DNA of 64,000 bases from Octopus vulgaris (taxonomy: Eukaryota): contig OX597829.1 in the NCBI GenBank assembly GCA_951406725.2, positions 52,018,001 to 52,082,000 of the forward strand, written 5' to 3'. The notes below the pieces were generated by a model, which worked only from the letters and a program-made list of their open reading frames with translations, did not search any database and was not told the DNA's origin. The position numbers and the translations under genes are program-made. Below, piece by piece: positions 24,379-37,590 of the stretch. Numbering within the stretch: the first letter of the stretch is position 1; the number at the start of each line of letters is the position of its first letter.

Positions 24379-24761
24379 AAGATGTATCTCATTAAAATAA
24401 CGTCTGTTCCACAAGTTTTCTTCACAGTATGTGTATACAAAAGCAACAAATTAAGGGACAGAGCTTCATTATTATAGAAGATTAATAATAAATATAAGAA
24501 GCAGAAAGAAACAAATATACAATACAGCGAAAAAAGTATTAAAAGTAACTGTTAGCAGATATGGATGTATAATGCCCTCGCTTAGGTTGTATGGCACACA
24601 TACACTTGCTCATACAAACTTACATGAAGATATAAGCATACGTATATGGTTAGAAAAAGTCAAAGGCTATGAACCAACCTCTCCTTCACCAAGGTACTTT
24701 TTCACTAGAGCTCATAAATATTTTCTTTATTAATATATCAGAGAAGCAGGAAGCTACTTAC

Positions 24762-24829
24762 AGTTTCTCAGTTTCAAGTTCATTTTTCAGGACAGCATTT
24801 TGTTCTTTGATTGTACTGTAATCAATCAT
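24762..24829 (-). CDS. OFD1: OFD1 exon (68 nt)
   Basis: cctcag|ATG...AAACT|gtaagt; MIDYSTIKEQNAVLKNELETEK(L); phase 0/2. Confidence 0.9.
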
Positions 24830-25400
24830 CTGAGGAAGAATAATGATTATTCATTATAGATCATTCATTACTGATTATTCCTTGTAGGAACATGAGCAAA
24901 GAATGATAATGTAAAAATAATAATTTTCAAGGATTTTATTATGAAGATTGGTGTGTAGAAAGATCTAAGCAGTATTATAGGATCACAAGCAATTCATTGG
25001 AGGTCCCTATGTAACATAACCATTGCACACATAGGCATTTGGTCTCATGTTCTAACAATTTTACCAGTCTACAGCTCTGGACTGACAATGTATTTTATTA
25101 AATGTAAAAGGATGAAAAACTAAGCTGACCTAGGTGGGATTTGAACTCAGAGCACAGAGATATGAAACAAGCACCATACACAGCAATGCATTTTGCCTGA
25201 TGCTGTAATAACTTCAATTTGGATTTGTGAATGTCAGTAGTTGATGGGAAAAATATTGGCAAAGAAGGAATTACAGAGATCTGCAGTTCTTGTAAGAAAT
25301 TATTGAGTGTAATTAGTACCAAGTGAAACCAAACAATGCAAATTAGGTTTTTTTGTAATTTAGTCTCTGATCATTTATATATTTATTTTACATTTTTTTT

Positions 25401-25724
25401 TGTTTTTATTTTATTTTTCAGATAATTTTCCTTTATAGTTTTCAACAATTGTAATGTGACTTGATACAGAATCTCATATATTTTATAAGAATGATTTCTG
25501 CAGAATCCACTTCCTTTTTCACAAGGATTCTAAGGTTTCATACGTAGTAAAGAAAGTGATACTAACCATATATCAGTTTGAGAAATTGAAAAAACCAGAT
25601 CTGTGTTGGAAGTGGCAATGATATTTCATTTTCCAGAAGCCATAGTAATGTTGTTCTGGCATTTATTAATGAAGGCTTACTGATTATTCCCAATATAATC
25701 ATGTTGTTTAAATCACCATGTGTA
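25401..25724. repeat. Right arm of inverted duplication (partner 23804-24128)
   Basis: Reverse-complement match with scattered substitutions. Confidence 0.9.
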
Positions 25725-26519
25725 TGTCTGAGAGATTCTGCAAACTACATGTCCAACAATCAATTTGGACATAATTACAATTATCTCAGTTGACCATTAT
25801 TGTAAATTATCATAATTAACTTTTTCAATCTTGTAGCTAATATATCACTGATATTTCAATGAACACATGCATTAATAGCCTCTTATTTTGACTGATAATC
25901 TGTGTATTTTGTTAAATTTATGAAACAATATTAGGCTTCCACATCTGCAAAATCATTCTATGATGAATGGATAATTTTATTTTTTTCCTTGGGACTGTAT
26001 TTAAGTCAATGATAATTACAATTAACGATGAAGAGAACAATGACAACAATGATACTGGTAACAACAGACAATCACAATGCCTTCGGTATGTATGTGTATG
26101 TACATATACAAGTGTTTAAGCAAACACATTTTTGTGTGCACTTTCTAAGCTTTGAAACAAAGCATTTCTAATAATAATCAATGTTATGACACAGAAGTCA
26201 AAGTTTAAAGTTAAAATCAGTTAAAAATATGTTGGTTATGGCAACAGATAGTTGTGAGGATGATATAAATTTTTGAATAATAAGAAAAACGATGGGGAAA
26301 ACTAAACATCAACATGATAGGAGAAAGAACAATTTTAGTTCCAATGACAGTGATGATAATACCCAGGAGCCTGAATCAGCCAATATATGACAATGTTGAT
26401 TGTTATTCTAATCTTCATTACTGGTAAGAAATTTAAGTTTAAATTTATATTTATATTTGTATTAAATCTAAAAGAGAAAAACAGATTTTTTTTTCATAAA
26501 GAAATAACTAAGAACACTT

Positions 26520-26906
26520 ATAGAAGCACTCCGTCGGTTATGACGATGAGGGTTCCGGTTGATCCGAATCAATGGAACAGCCTGCTCATGAAATTAACGT
26601 GTAAGTGGCTGAGCACTCCACAGACACGTGTACCCTTAACGTAGTTCTCGGGGATATTCAGCGTGACACGGAGAGTGACAAGACCGGCCCTTTGAAATAC
26701 AGGTACAACAGAAACAGGAAGTAAGAGTGAGAGAAAGTTGTGGTGAAAGAGTACAGCAGGGATCACCACCAGCCCCTGCCAGAGCCTCGTGGAGCTTTAG
26801 GTGTTTTCGCTCAATAAACAGTCACAACGCCCGGTCTGGGAATCGAAACCGCGATCCTATGACTGCGAGTCCGCTGCCCTAACCACTGGGCCATTGCACC
26901 TCCTTT
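26520..26906 (-). mobile_element. tRNA-derived SINE (second family) with 11-bp TSD
   Basis: Head ggaggtgcaatggcccagtggttaggg...gtttcgattccc; taagaacactt duplicated at 26509-26519 and 26907-26917; relatives at about 8125-8430, 14190-14500 and 34176-34453. Confidence 0.85.
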
Positions 26907-26982
26907 TAAGAACACTTTTAAGATAATAAGGAAATAATAACACAAGAGAATTTACAAACTAAAATAGAACTTAGTGACATAC

Positions 26983-27060
26983 ATCACGAAGTTTTGCATT
27001 CAAGAAATCGTTATGTTTGGTTGCTGTTATTTCTTTGTGCCGAGCCTCTTGAATTGCAGT
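26983..27060 (-). CDS. OFD1: OFD1 exon (78 nt)
   Basis: atttag|ACT...CGTGAT|gtatgt; TAIQEARHKEITATKHNDFLNAKLRD. Confidence 0.9.
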
Positions 27061-28089
27061 CTAAATCAGAGAAAAAAATATGAAAAATGAAAAAAAAGTG
27101 ATTATGAATTGTACAATATGTCATCAAAAAGTGAAATAGTGTGTTGGAAAGACAGGTGTTTCAGTATAAATTTATATGTTTTAAATTACCTGAATGTTTA
27201 ATCTAGGAAAATATTAATTAATTAACAGTTTTGATAAAGCAAACAGAAAAAATAAATACAAAAAAAAAAAAAAGGAAAACAGTGTGGTATTTTAGAGTTC
27301 CATATAATGGAAATGGCACAAAATGGCTAAATGGTTAAGAAGTTTATTTCCCGGTCGTGAGTGCTTGAATTTGATCCTACTGTATGGCTTCTTTGGCAAG
27401 AATTTTCCAAAAATGCCTCGCGTCAACCCAAAACCTGTAAGTGAAATTGGATAGATGGAAATTGTGTGGAAGCCTTGTCACAGTGTCATGTTGATTCCAC
27501 CAAGAATAATGATAATTCTGAGGAATATTCAACCACTTATGTGTTAATTCAATGAATAGGTAATTCAGTTGATTGAACAACTGAAATAATCATTATCAAA
27601 ACTTATGAAGATCCTTCTATTACAAAGGAGAAATATCAAATTTTTTTTTTTTTTTTGGTTTCCCTTTTTAGTTTCTTCAACATTTTTTCCAATTGATTTC
27701 ATATTTGGTGTATTGGTGTAGTTTTGCATGATAATCACTGACAAGAAATTCATTTTCGCCATAAATCAATAAATAAAGAGTTAACAGCTTTTAAAGTTTG
27801 CGAATTTTGGGTAATTTTAGCCAATTGAAAGCCACAGATATATAGGTGCCTGTTTCCATCGTAACAAGCCAAACTGTTACTAAGCTGCTTATCCATGTAG
27901 TCATTTTTCACTTATTAAATGCTTAAAACACATGAGATAGGAAGGAGGTGGTTGTAAATCATGCACCAATATTTTTTTGGTTGGTGGGTGTTGCATAATT
28001 GTTTGAATTCCCATGTGTAAAATACAAATTTGCAAAAATTTTCTGAAAATTCCCCAAAATACAGGAGTTATGAGGGGTTATACAGCATG

Positions 28090-28833
28090 CATAAAGCAAG
28101 TTATCTTGCAGGAATTCCCAGCTGCCTTCTATGTCACAGAACTGCAGCTCCTCCTCCCTATCATCTAATTTCTTGGTAAGGATATCCCTAAACCTCTGAC
28201 CATGTGAAGGGCTCCTAAGCTTCCAAGTCCTTCTTTTCCAGATTGGTCTGGTTTTTGGCATCCTTCTGACCTCAAGTCTAAAGTCATTAATTACTAGTCT
28301 ATGCTGGGTGGGGGGTACACTCTTCACGAAGGAGGGTCTTTGTATATAAGAGCAACCATGCATCCTACTGTCTGGTGAGAATGAAATCAATCTAGTTAGC
28401 AGAGTCACCTGACTGATAGGTTATCAGGTGACTAGCTGGCTTCCTGAAGTTGGTGTTGCAGATCAATAGATTATTTGCATCGCAGAACTCCAGGAGCCTA
28501 GTTCCTGCTTCATTTCTGGTACCAACTTCATGGCCCTCATGTACACCATAGTAGATACCAAATTATTGTCTGACATGCCCATTAAAATCTCCAGTCACAA
28601 AGATGAGATCATTGTCACTTGTCTTTGAGGTAGCCTGCATAAGAATATCATAAAAGTGATCGTTCTGTTCTTTTGGTAGGCCTGCTTGTGGGGCGTAAGG
28701 CAGAGATAATTGTAGCTATACCATTCTAGACTAGCCTGAGTTTAAGTACTCTATTGCACACCCTCACTACCTCTATGACCTTATCCGCCCATTTCTCTGT
28801 AAGAAGCATGCTCACACCCCCTATTTCATCACT
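28090..28833 (-). mobile_element. Decayed RTE LINE, AP-endonuclease region
   Basis: YAPQAG, FVTGDFNGHV, QHRLVINDF, WKRRTWKLR motifs with frameshifts. Confidence 0.85.
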
Positions 28834-29355
28834 ATTACCTTCCCAGAATATATCCAAAAAGGATTAGAGCCATTAGAGTCTGAGTTGTCCATGGGGCTAA
28901 GCACTTTATGGATGTGAAACCATTGGCGACTCTATGACCAGACATATACTTAACTGAATATATATGCATATATATACCCATGCTAGCATGGAAAGCGGAC
29001 GTTAAATGATGATATATATATGTGTGTGTGTGTGTGTAGATAAATACACACACACACACACACGACGGGCTACTGCCAGTTTTAGTTTACCTAATCCACT
29101 CACAAAGCTTTGGTTGGCCTGGGTCTATAGTAGGAGATATATATCCAAGGTGCATTGGAGTGGGACTGAACTCAAAACCAAGTGGATAGGAAGTAAACTT
29201 CAAAACCATACAGCCATGCCTGAATATTAAAATTGATCCATAAACTTAATTTTAACATAGAAGCAAGAGGGAAGAGGAAAATCGACTTTATGAGAAATTA
29301 AGCTTAAATTAATTACAATTATATCCACTTTTTTTGTTTCGTTTTTATAACATAC

Positions 29356-29447
29356 CTCCAACTCATTAACCCTGTTGTATTTTCTGTCATTATCTTCCTT
29401 CAGTAATTGAAACTTTTCTCTTTCTTCTTTGCTCCTTAATTCATGCA
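29356..29447 (-). CDS. OFD1: OFD1 exon (92 nt)
   Basis: tgacag|TGCAT...TTGGAG|gtatgt; VHELRSKEEREKFQLLKEDNDRKYNRVNELE; phase 1/0. Confidence 0.92.
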
Positions 29448-30315
29448 CTGTCAACAAAAGCAGAAAGAGAGAAAGAGATAGAGAGGTGATGTGAAATAAC
29501 AGAAATAACAGCCAAGTCAAATCATACCTTACTGCTTTAACCTTTTAACGTTCACATTAATCTGTCAAATCTAATGCTTATTTATTCACATTGTTTTGAA
29601 TTAATCATACATTGTCTTGTAGCTTTGATATTTTTGATGAAGTAATTGTTAATTTTTAGAATGATATTGTAGGGTAGGTGTTACATGTTGGATCTGGCCA
29701 GTTTGAAAATTAAAAAGAGAGAATATTCCAACCGGATATGCCAGTTTAAATGCTGAAGGGTTAAAAAAAGTTATGATCTCATTGGATAATATGATTCTTA
29801 TAAACTGTGTCTGATAAAAAAAAATTGTTGTTGGTGGTGGTGGTGGAAGCAGTATTATTTGAAAGTAACATTCTGCATATCTTACTTAACATGAAGAAAG
29901 CCACAAAGCTAATGTGTTTGTCTCAAGAAAGCCTCTTGTATAGATATATCATGCTAAAAAGCATTGAAGTGTTTTGGTAGCAGACACAAAGCATCCAGCA
30001 CTGGCAGCAGAACTGCTAAATCTAGATTTCTGTATATTTCTGCATGCTTAGACAAATCTAGCCTCTACTGATATAGAAAAACAGTGATCAAACAAAACAG
30101 TGGTGTTGTGATTAGCTGGCAGGCTGGGTAAAAATTCATTATTAGCGACGGAAGTAATATTGGTTCAGAACGGCATTCTGTTTATCTTACTTAATGTGGA
30201 TATGCTGTAGAAAGTTACAAAACTGTGGTACTCATCTCTAGAGAGACTCTCAGTATGGCCATGTCTAGAATGCCTTTGATTATAGCTTTCTTCTTTTAGG
30301 AATGACAACAATATA

Positions 30316-30724
30316 GGCACAGGAGTGGCTGTGTGGTAAGTAGCTTGCTTACCAACCACATGGCTCCGGGTTCAGTCCCACTGCGTGGCACCTTGGGCAA
30401 GTGTCTTCTGCTATAGCCTTGAGCCGACCAAAGCCTTGTGAGTGGATTTGGTAGACGGAAACTGAAAGAAGCCTGTCGTATATATGTATATATATATATA
30501 TATATGTGTGTGTTTGTGTGTCTGTGTTTGTCCCCCTAGCATTGCTTGACAACCGATGCTGGTGTGCTTATGTCCCCGTTATTTAGCAGTTCGGCAAAAG
30601 AGACCGATATAATAAGTACTGGGCTTACAAAAGAATAAGTCCCGGGGTCAAGTTGCTCGATTAAAGGCGGTGCTCCAGCATGGCCGCAGTCAAATTACTG
30701 AAACAAGTAAAAGAGTAAAGAGTA
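30316..30724 (+). mobile_element. tRNA-derived SINE, full length
   Basis: Same family as 4862-5292. Confidence 0.85.
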
Positions 30725-31936
30725 ATATATGCTATAACTATTAATTAAATTTGTGTCTAAAAAAGATATTAATACTGTACTATTGATTAAAGATACATGT
30801 AATAATTCAGTTTTGGTTTTCAGTTTTAGTGACTCCATTTACATTGCATTGACAATGAAGGAAACATGAAGATAACACACTCTCATTTTGAACTACTTTA
30901 TAAATCTTGGTAGTTGAAATGGGGGAAGGGAAACGGTCAACTGTATTAACCCTTTGCCCAAACTGTGTCTCACATGTAACACACAGTGTATCCTTCTCTG
31001 GGTATTCATGCATCATATATGATACACATTCCCAATTTTTTTTCAATTGTAACAAGTATATGTAGACTGTAGCAAGAAATGCAGATGGCAGTTTTATATA
31101 AAGGCAACGATAAATATCAGAAAGCAAATGAGTTGTGTTTGTGTTCAAATGAAATACAATTTTTATTAGTTTCAAAATAATGCTCAACAAATGTAAATTA
31201 CAAGAGAAATTAAGGTGTGTGTGAAACATCAGGCTCTAGACGTACAGTCTGGCAGGAATACCATTTGTAAGACATGAATAATTTCAGTTGCACTTACTAC
31301 AATTTACAGGTTTTTCCAAATTGGAGCTGATATCAATTCCATGATACAATACAAAGACAAATGTCATTATGCAGATACAAATCTTGCTGGAGAAGCCAAT
31401 TTCAATAAACCGAGTAAAAAGATATAATAAACCTCATAGGTAGTTAAAGGAAACGAATGTTAAGTGAAGAACTGGGCACAAGAATTCAGAGTTGCTAAAG
31501 AGAACTTAGACCAGTAGACATAATGACTGGGAAAGCAAAACTGTAACTTCCCATGTTGTAGCTGAGGCTGGCAGAATGAGGATCTTGAAAGTACGTTAAC
31601 AGTTCAACGCCTTCACAGCAACTAACTCAACTTTTAGTTTTTACACATGCCTCAGACTTGGGTGGAAGTTGTTGTTTGGATTTTCACAACACTAACCTTA
31701 ACTGTTCAGCATTTGTCTCAAACAACTAACTTGTGCTACAGTAAAAAAAATAACATTTATCATGTCTTACTACACAACTAGCAGAATAACTTGGGACTTA
31801 TGAAAAGAAAGCTTTATATTACTCAGAATGTATGAAACAAGGGCTAACAAAAAAAAAAACTGAAAACAACCATGGCTGTTTAGGACAAATTTACAAAAGT
31901 GTTTTGGACAGGCAAAGGGTTAAACGTTTTACTCCA

Positions 31937-32405
31937 TTAACCCTTTCGTTACCAACCTGGCTGAAACCGGCTCTGGCTCTGAGTACAAATGTCTTGTTTT
32001 CATGAGTTTTGAATTAAAATCTTCCACCAAACCTTAATCACAATTTATGTTCCTAACACTAGCTTAATGTCAACTAAGTTATTTTACTAAATTCTTTGTT
32101 ATATTTAAAACAATTGAAAGAAACACAGAGCATCTCAACAGAAATATGGTAACAATATATAATAGAGAAACCATTCTTAACCCTTTCGTTACCAACCTGG
32201 CTGAAACTGGTTCTGGCTCTGAGTACAAATGTCTTGTTTTTATAAGTTTTGAATTAAAATCTTCCACCAAACCTTAGTCACAATTTATGTTCCTAACACT
32301 AGCTTAATGATAACAAAGTTATTTTACTAAATTCTTTGTTATATTTAAAATTAATTGAGAGAAACACAGAGCAGCCCAAAATAAATACAGTAACGAAAGG
32401 GTTAA
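31937..32405. mobile_element. piggyBac-type (TTAA) MITE: complete copy 32177-32405 preceded by a tandem partial copy
   Basis: TIRs ttaa-ccctttcgttac / gtaacgaaaggg-ttaa; older relatives at about 29538-29764 and 58491-59059. Confidence 0.8.
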
Positions 32406-33059
32406 TGTTATCAATGTGAGGTAGTGAATAGCTGAAACATCAGGTTGTCAGAAATTAAGCAAGAGATCAGCAGTTCAAGTCTTGTCACTGTCACAACATT
32501 GTGCATCCAACCAAAACAAGTCACAAAACAAGCAGCTCAGTCTGCTGTATCCTAAGTAGGTGGCACCAAACAGTCAATCACTTAAAACAATAATAATAAC
32601 CAACCACAGAAAAAGGTTATTTCCAATCAAAAGACCACCTGCTTATCTCTCAGTCACAAATAGTTTTAGTATTAATCATCTGAAATCTTGTGATGGAAAA
32701 GATTAACAGAGCTTAATAGTTATTGTTAATCCAACCAACCTATGATCAAAGACATTCCAGACATTTTAAAAAATATTAAGCAGTATGTATCTATAATTAC
32801 ATTATCCAGTGTGTCCTATTTTTAAGACAATAAGGGAAATTAATTGCCATTCTTAGCAGGTCAAGATTTCTCCTTGGCTCAAGAGGTTTCCTTTTTGGTT
32901 CAAGAAGCTCCTTCCTTGGCTTGAGTGCCCTCATTTAAGGCTTTCAAGAGACTCCTTCTGTGGCCTGAGTGCCCTCATTTCTTTGCTCAATAGGTTTCCT
33001 ATCACTACTGTAACATATTATAACTTCCTCACAAGTGGCTTGGAGAAGGACATTTGTGT

Positions 33060-33332
33060 AACAAGCTAACCTGCTCCAACCAGGTCACACGAAGACAAAG
33101 TCATGATTCTACAATACAGCTCCCATGACTTTCGGAAACATTTTTTCACGCTCAGAGTTGCTGAAGCATGGAACAAACTGCCTGCGTCAGTTGTTGACTG
33201 CCATGACACTGCATCCTTTAAGGCCCTCATGCTTTCCGAAATCTGCCGAAACTACACCTGATTATACATACACTTTAGATGAGTTGTAGTGCACCTGAGC
33301 ACTGTACACAATGTTTTATTATATTATTATAA
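33060..33332 (+). mobile_element. CR1/L2-type LINE 3' end
   Basis: HDFRKHFFTLRVAEAWNKLPASVV followed by 3' UTR and (TTA)n tail. Confidence 0.8.
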
Positions 33333-33738
33333 TACAAAACATTATGAAAGGATTAAGAAACAAACAAATAGAATTAGGACAGAAAACTTCTTTTAATAAA
33401 TCAGCTAAAGGAGGAAGGACAAAACTGAGAACATTTGCAGAGATTTTCAGAGCTGATGCATCCAGTGCTCAGTTTGAACATCAACAGGGGGTCAATGTAT
33501 ATAGGCTGCAGTTGGGGAACTCCACGGGGTTGCAGTTTTGGGAGGGAAATGTTGGACAAAAACATTTAATGTGGGATCTTGCAGGAGATGAAAAGAGTAG
33601 GGGAAAATATGTCAGCTGGACAGGGGTTGGAGGGTGAGTGCAGGTGGCTAGGTCAGTGGTATGTTGCGTTAGAATGCAAAATAGGCAGAAAGAGAAAAAC
33701 AGTACGTCGGTGGGTGAAGACTGTTAGCGAACATATAC

Positions 33739-33812
33739 CTTTAATCTGAGCCTCTCTAGAATCCATATTTTGAGACCTCTCCAAGAATTTGTTTTGTAAG
33801 TCAATCTTCATT
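33739..33812 (-). CDS. OFD1: OFD1 exon (74 nt)
   Basis: ttgcag|AATG...TAAAG|gtatat; MKIDLQNKFLERSQNMDSREAQIK; phase 2/1. Confidence 0.9.
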
Positions 33813-34880
33813 CTGCAAGACAACATGGAAATGAATAAATGAATGAATAAATAAACTGAAGTAAATAGAAATAAACTGGAATAAAATAAATAGAAATAAA
33901 CGGAACAAAGAAAATGTAGACAGCAGATTGGGGAGGAGAGAAAGTTGAGTGTGGGTAATTTCATGAGGGTGTCAGAAGAGGGGAACAGATGGCTGACCCT
34001 TTAGCATTCACAGTATTCTACCACAATTAAATCTTATTTATTCACGTTGTTTTGAATTAATCATACTTTGTCTCATAGCTATGAGATTTTGATGATGTAA
34101 CTTAATACACCTAATTGTTGTTTATACACCTGTCTTTGTCTTTTGCTTTTCTGTAAATTTCAACTATATATATATATGATCATGTGACCGACCAGACCAT
34201 CAGATGTTGCTACACATCGCTGGTCACAATGCGTTCGCATCGTTTTAGCCTTCGAATGACACCACCCCGCCGGCTAAGTGAGCAGGCCAACAGAAGAAAG
34301 AGTGAGAGAAAGTTGTGGCGAAAGAGTACAGCAGGGATCACCACCCCCTGCCGGAGCCTAGTGGAGCTTTTAAGTGTTTTCGCTCAATAAACACACACAA
34401 CGCCCAGTCTGGGAATCGAAACCGTGATCCTACGACTGGGCCATTGCGCCTCCATATATATATATATAGAGAGAGAGGGAAGTTTGATGATCAGGAAAAA
34501 TGGAAGAGTCTTTGACATTTCGAGCCTATACTCTTTTATAGAAATGAATGAGGAGAGAAAACAGATGGAGAGATAGGGAAAAAAAGTGGAGAGAAAAAGG
34601 ATGGAAAGAGAAAAAAAATTGTGAGAGGATATATATATATATACACACACACAGACACACAAACACACATGCACATATATTTATATGTATGTATGTGCAT
34701 GTGTGTGGGGTGGCTTGTTTCACAAACACACACATATGCACATTGGGCGAATACAATTTCCATCTAAGAAATTTCCTTTACTCTGGATACATTTTTATTT
34801 TATTCCATGTGAATGCACATTTATTTAACATTTCACAATTATTATCAAATAATATATAACTAAAAGTTAAGTTGTCTTAC

Positions 34881-35000
34881 TTGAAAACTTCATTCTCAAT
34901 TCTTTGTTGGTAATCAGCTTCGATGCGATTAGCTTCATTCAGTTTTTGCTTCAATATTTCTTCTTGACACTTCAGTCTTTCCTGATCCAAGGTTTTTTCC
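34881..35000 (-). CDS. OFD1: OFD1 exon (120 nt)
   Basis: aatag|GGAAAA...TTCAA|gtaaga; EKTLDQERLKCQEEILKQKLNEANRIEADYQQRIENEVF(K); phase 2/2. Confidence 0.9.
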
Positions 35001-35676
35001 CTATTTTAATGATAAAAACAAAAACATATATATATATAAAAATATAAATTATATTAGAGATAAAACCACTATTAGGCAAATCAAACAGTGAAAAACATAA
35101 ACCAAAACATAAAAATATATATAATTAATATAATATACAAAATATATAAAATATAAAATTTAAATTTTTAAACTTTTTATTTTTTAATATTAATATTTAT
35201 TTATTTATTATTATTATTTGTTTTTATAACTATCAAAAAGGTATTAAAAAGTTTAATATAATATAATAAGTATATATATATATACATATATAAAGTAAAT
35301 ATATGAAGTATCATTACTGTTAAAAACAGTAATAATGCTTCATATATTTACTTTTTTATTGTTTATGATAGTTTTCTCTTTAAACGGAGTGGGACGTTTA
35401 AAGTTAAAAAAGCACACAAGTTGACGAAATGAATATTTTAGAAATAGATGTTAAATACTGTCTCCAACTAAGGATTTCAAAGCATGTTTCCTCATGCACA
35501 GCATGAAATCAATTGACATTGGGGTATGTGAACTACCTTCGAATACCATCCTGAAGGTAGGCCTACTTTTTAAACTAGTCATTGCATTGTTCGTATGTGT
35601 ATTTATCATAGTATTGGTGGGTTTTTTTAAGCTTTCGCTTTCATCTTTGGCAAACAGTATGCTTACCCTTCTTTTA

Positions 35677-35713
<37 letters not shown>

Positions 35714-36132
35714 ACATCATCATCATCATCATCATCATTTAATGTCCATTTTCCATGCTGGCATAGGGCTGGATGGTTGACAGGAGCTGGCAAGGCTGAA
35801 AGTAACAACAAGCTGCACTGTCTGTTTTGGATTGGTTCCTATGGCTGGATGCCCTTCCTAACGCCAACCACTCCACTGAGTGTACTTGGTACTTTTTATG
35901 TGACACCAGCACTGACAGGGTCACCAAGTATCTTGCAAGACAAAAGCCACTCAACTGGGAGTGGGGAGTAGTATTGGGTGTGTATATATGTGTGTGTGTG
36001 TGTGAGGGGGGGTTGTGTCAGTTGAGAAATTAAAGGTATAGATGAGACATATATAAGCATCTTGTTGTAGAGTAGATAGATAGATAGATAAATACTCCAG
36101 TTGGAAGAGAAAGGTGAGTGAGTTAGAGAGTA

Positions 36133-36179
<47 letters not shown>

Positions 36180-36414
36180 GCATGCACATTATGACAATTT
36201 TATAAACTTTCAAGAGAATGTGAAATAATTCTTGTTTGAAATAGATCTTAAAGAACACACATAATGCTATGAACAATAGTTGAATAACCATTTTGAATAA
36301 AAAAAAAAAAAAAAAGGTCTTCAACTTTTTCTATCCAAAATGATTTTCAAACCATGCTATTATTTGCAGATTTATGTGTTTGCTTTGAGATCCACTATTC
36401 CCAAAAAGAATTAC

Positions 36415-36446
<32 letters not shown>

Positions 36447-37206
36447 TATATATATATATATATGTATATATTGTACAACATATACAGGTGCAGTCAAGGC
36501 TCTGTGTGTAAGAAGCTTGCTTTCCAACCACATGGTTCTAGGTTCAGTCCCACCGCATGGTACCTTGGACAGTCTTCGGATATAGCCTTGGGCCAACTGA
36601 AGCCTTGTGAATAGATCTGAAACTGAAAGAAGCCTATCGTATTATATGTGTGTGTTTGTGCCTGTGTTTGTTCCCCACCACTGCTTGACAACTGGTGTTG
36701 GTATGTTTGTGTCCCCATAACATAACAGTTTGGCAAAAGAGACTGATAGAATAAGAACTAGGCTTAAAAGAAAAGTACTGGGGTTGACTTATTTGACTGT
36801 GAAGGCTCAGTGGTTAGAGCGCCGAGCTTACGATCAGTTTCTACAGCTGGAATCCTTTCCTAATGCTTATCACTTTACAGACCGTAGTGGGTGCTTTATA
36901 TTTATATATGATGGGTTTCTTTTATTTTCTGTTTAGAAAATCCACTCACAAAGGCTTTGGTTGGCCCGGGGCTATAGTAGAAGATACTTGCACAAGGTGC
37001 CATGAAGTGGGACTGAACCTAGAACCATGTGGTTGGGAAGCTAACTTCTTACTACGTAAACACATCTGTGACTGTTGTTAAAAATACATTGTTTGAAATC
37101 TGTCTTTCATGCAAATCAAAGGCAGGACACATTCATGAAACCCAAGATATAAAGTGTCAATCACCCATTCGACTTTATTCCATATAAATGATTCTGATTT
37201 GTTTAC

Positions 37207-37313
37207 CTCTTTACCATTTCCATCATCTTCGTAAGTTCAGATTCCTTCTGGCGTAATTTATTGACTTCTTCCAGTAAAGCCTGCCTTTGCTGATAAGTGT
37301 CTTTCTGGTGTAC
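37207..37313 (-). CDS. OFD1: OFD1 exon (107 nt)
   Basis: ttccag|GTACAC...AAGAG|gtaaac; VHQKDTYQQRQALLEEVNKLRQKESELTKMMEMVK(R); phase 0/2. Confidence 0.92.
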
Positions 37314-37557
37314 CTGGAATTGATTTTAAAAACTTTATTGGTATTGATATGTATGTGTGGATTCAGACACACACACATGTAAAAAGTACTGAGTCCACTC
37401 TGCTGGGTGGTTGGTGTTAAGAAGAGCATCCAACCATAAAATCCCTGCCAAAACAGACACAGTAGCCTTGGGTAGATTTTCTACATTGCTGGCTCCTGTC
37501 AACCATTCTACCCATGAATGCATGGAAGATGGATCTTAAACTACGATGATGATGATA

Positions 37558-37590
<33 letters not shown>

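Noticed and set aside
25395-25425. Plus-strand acceptor-like site suggesting a nested antisense gene
   Set aside because: No sustained open frame or partner exons were found downstream.
26830-26903. Possible tRNA gene
   Set aside because: It is the tRNA-derived head of a SINE with body and TSD; other tRNA-like heads (9486, 36805) were treated likewise.
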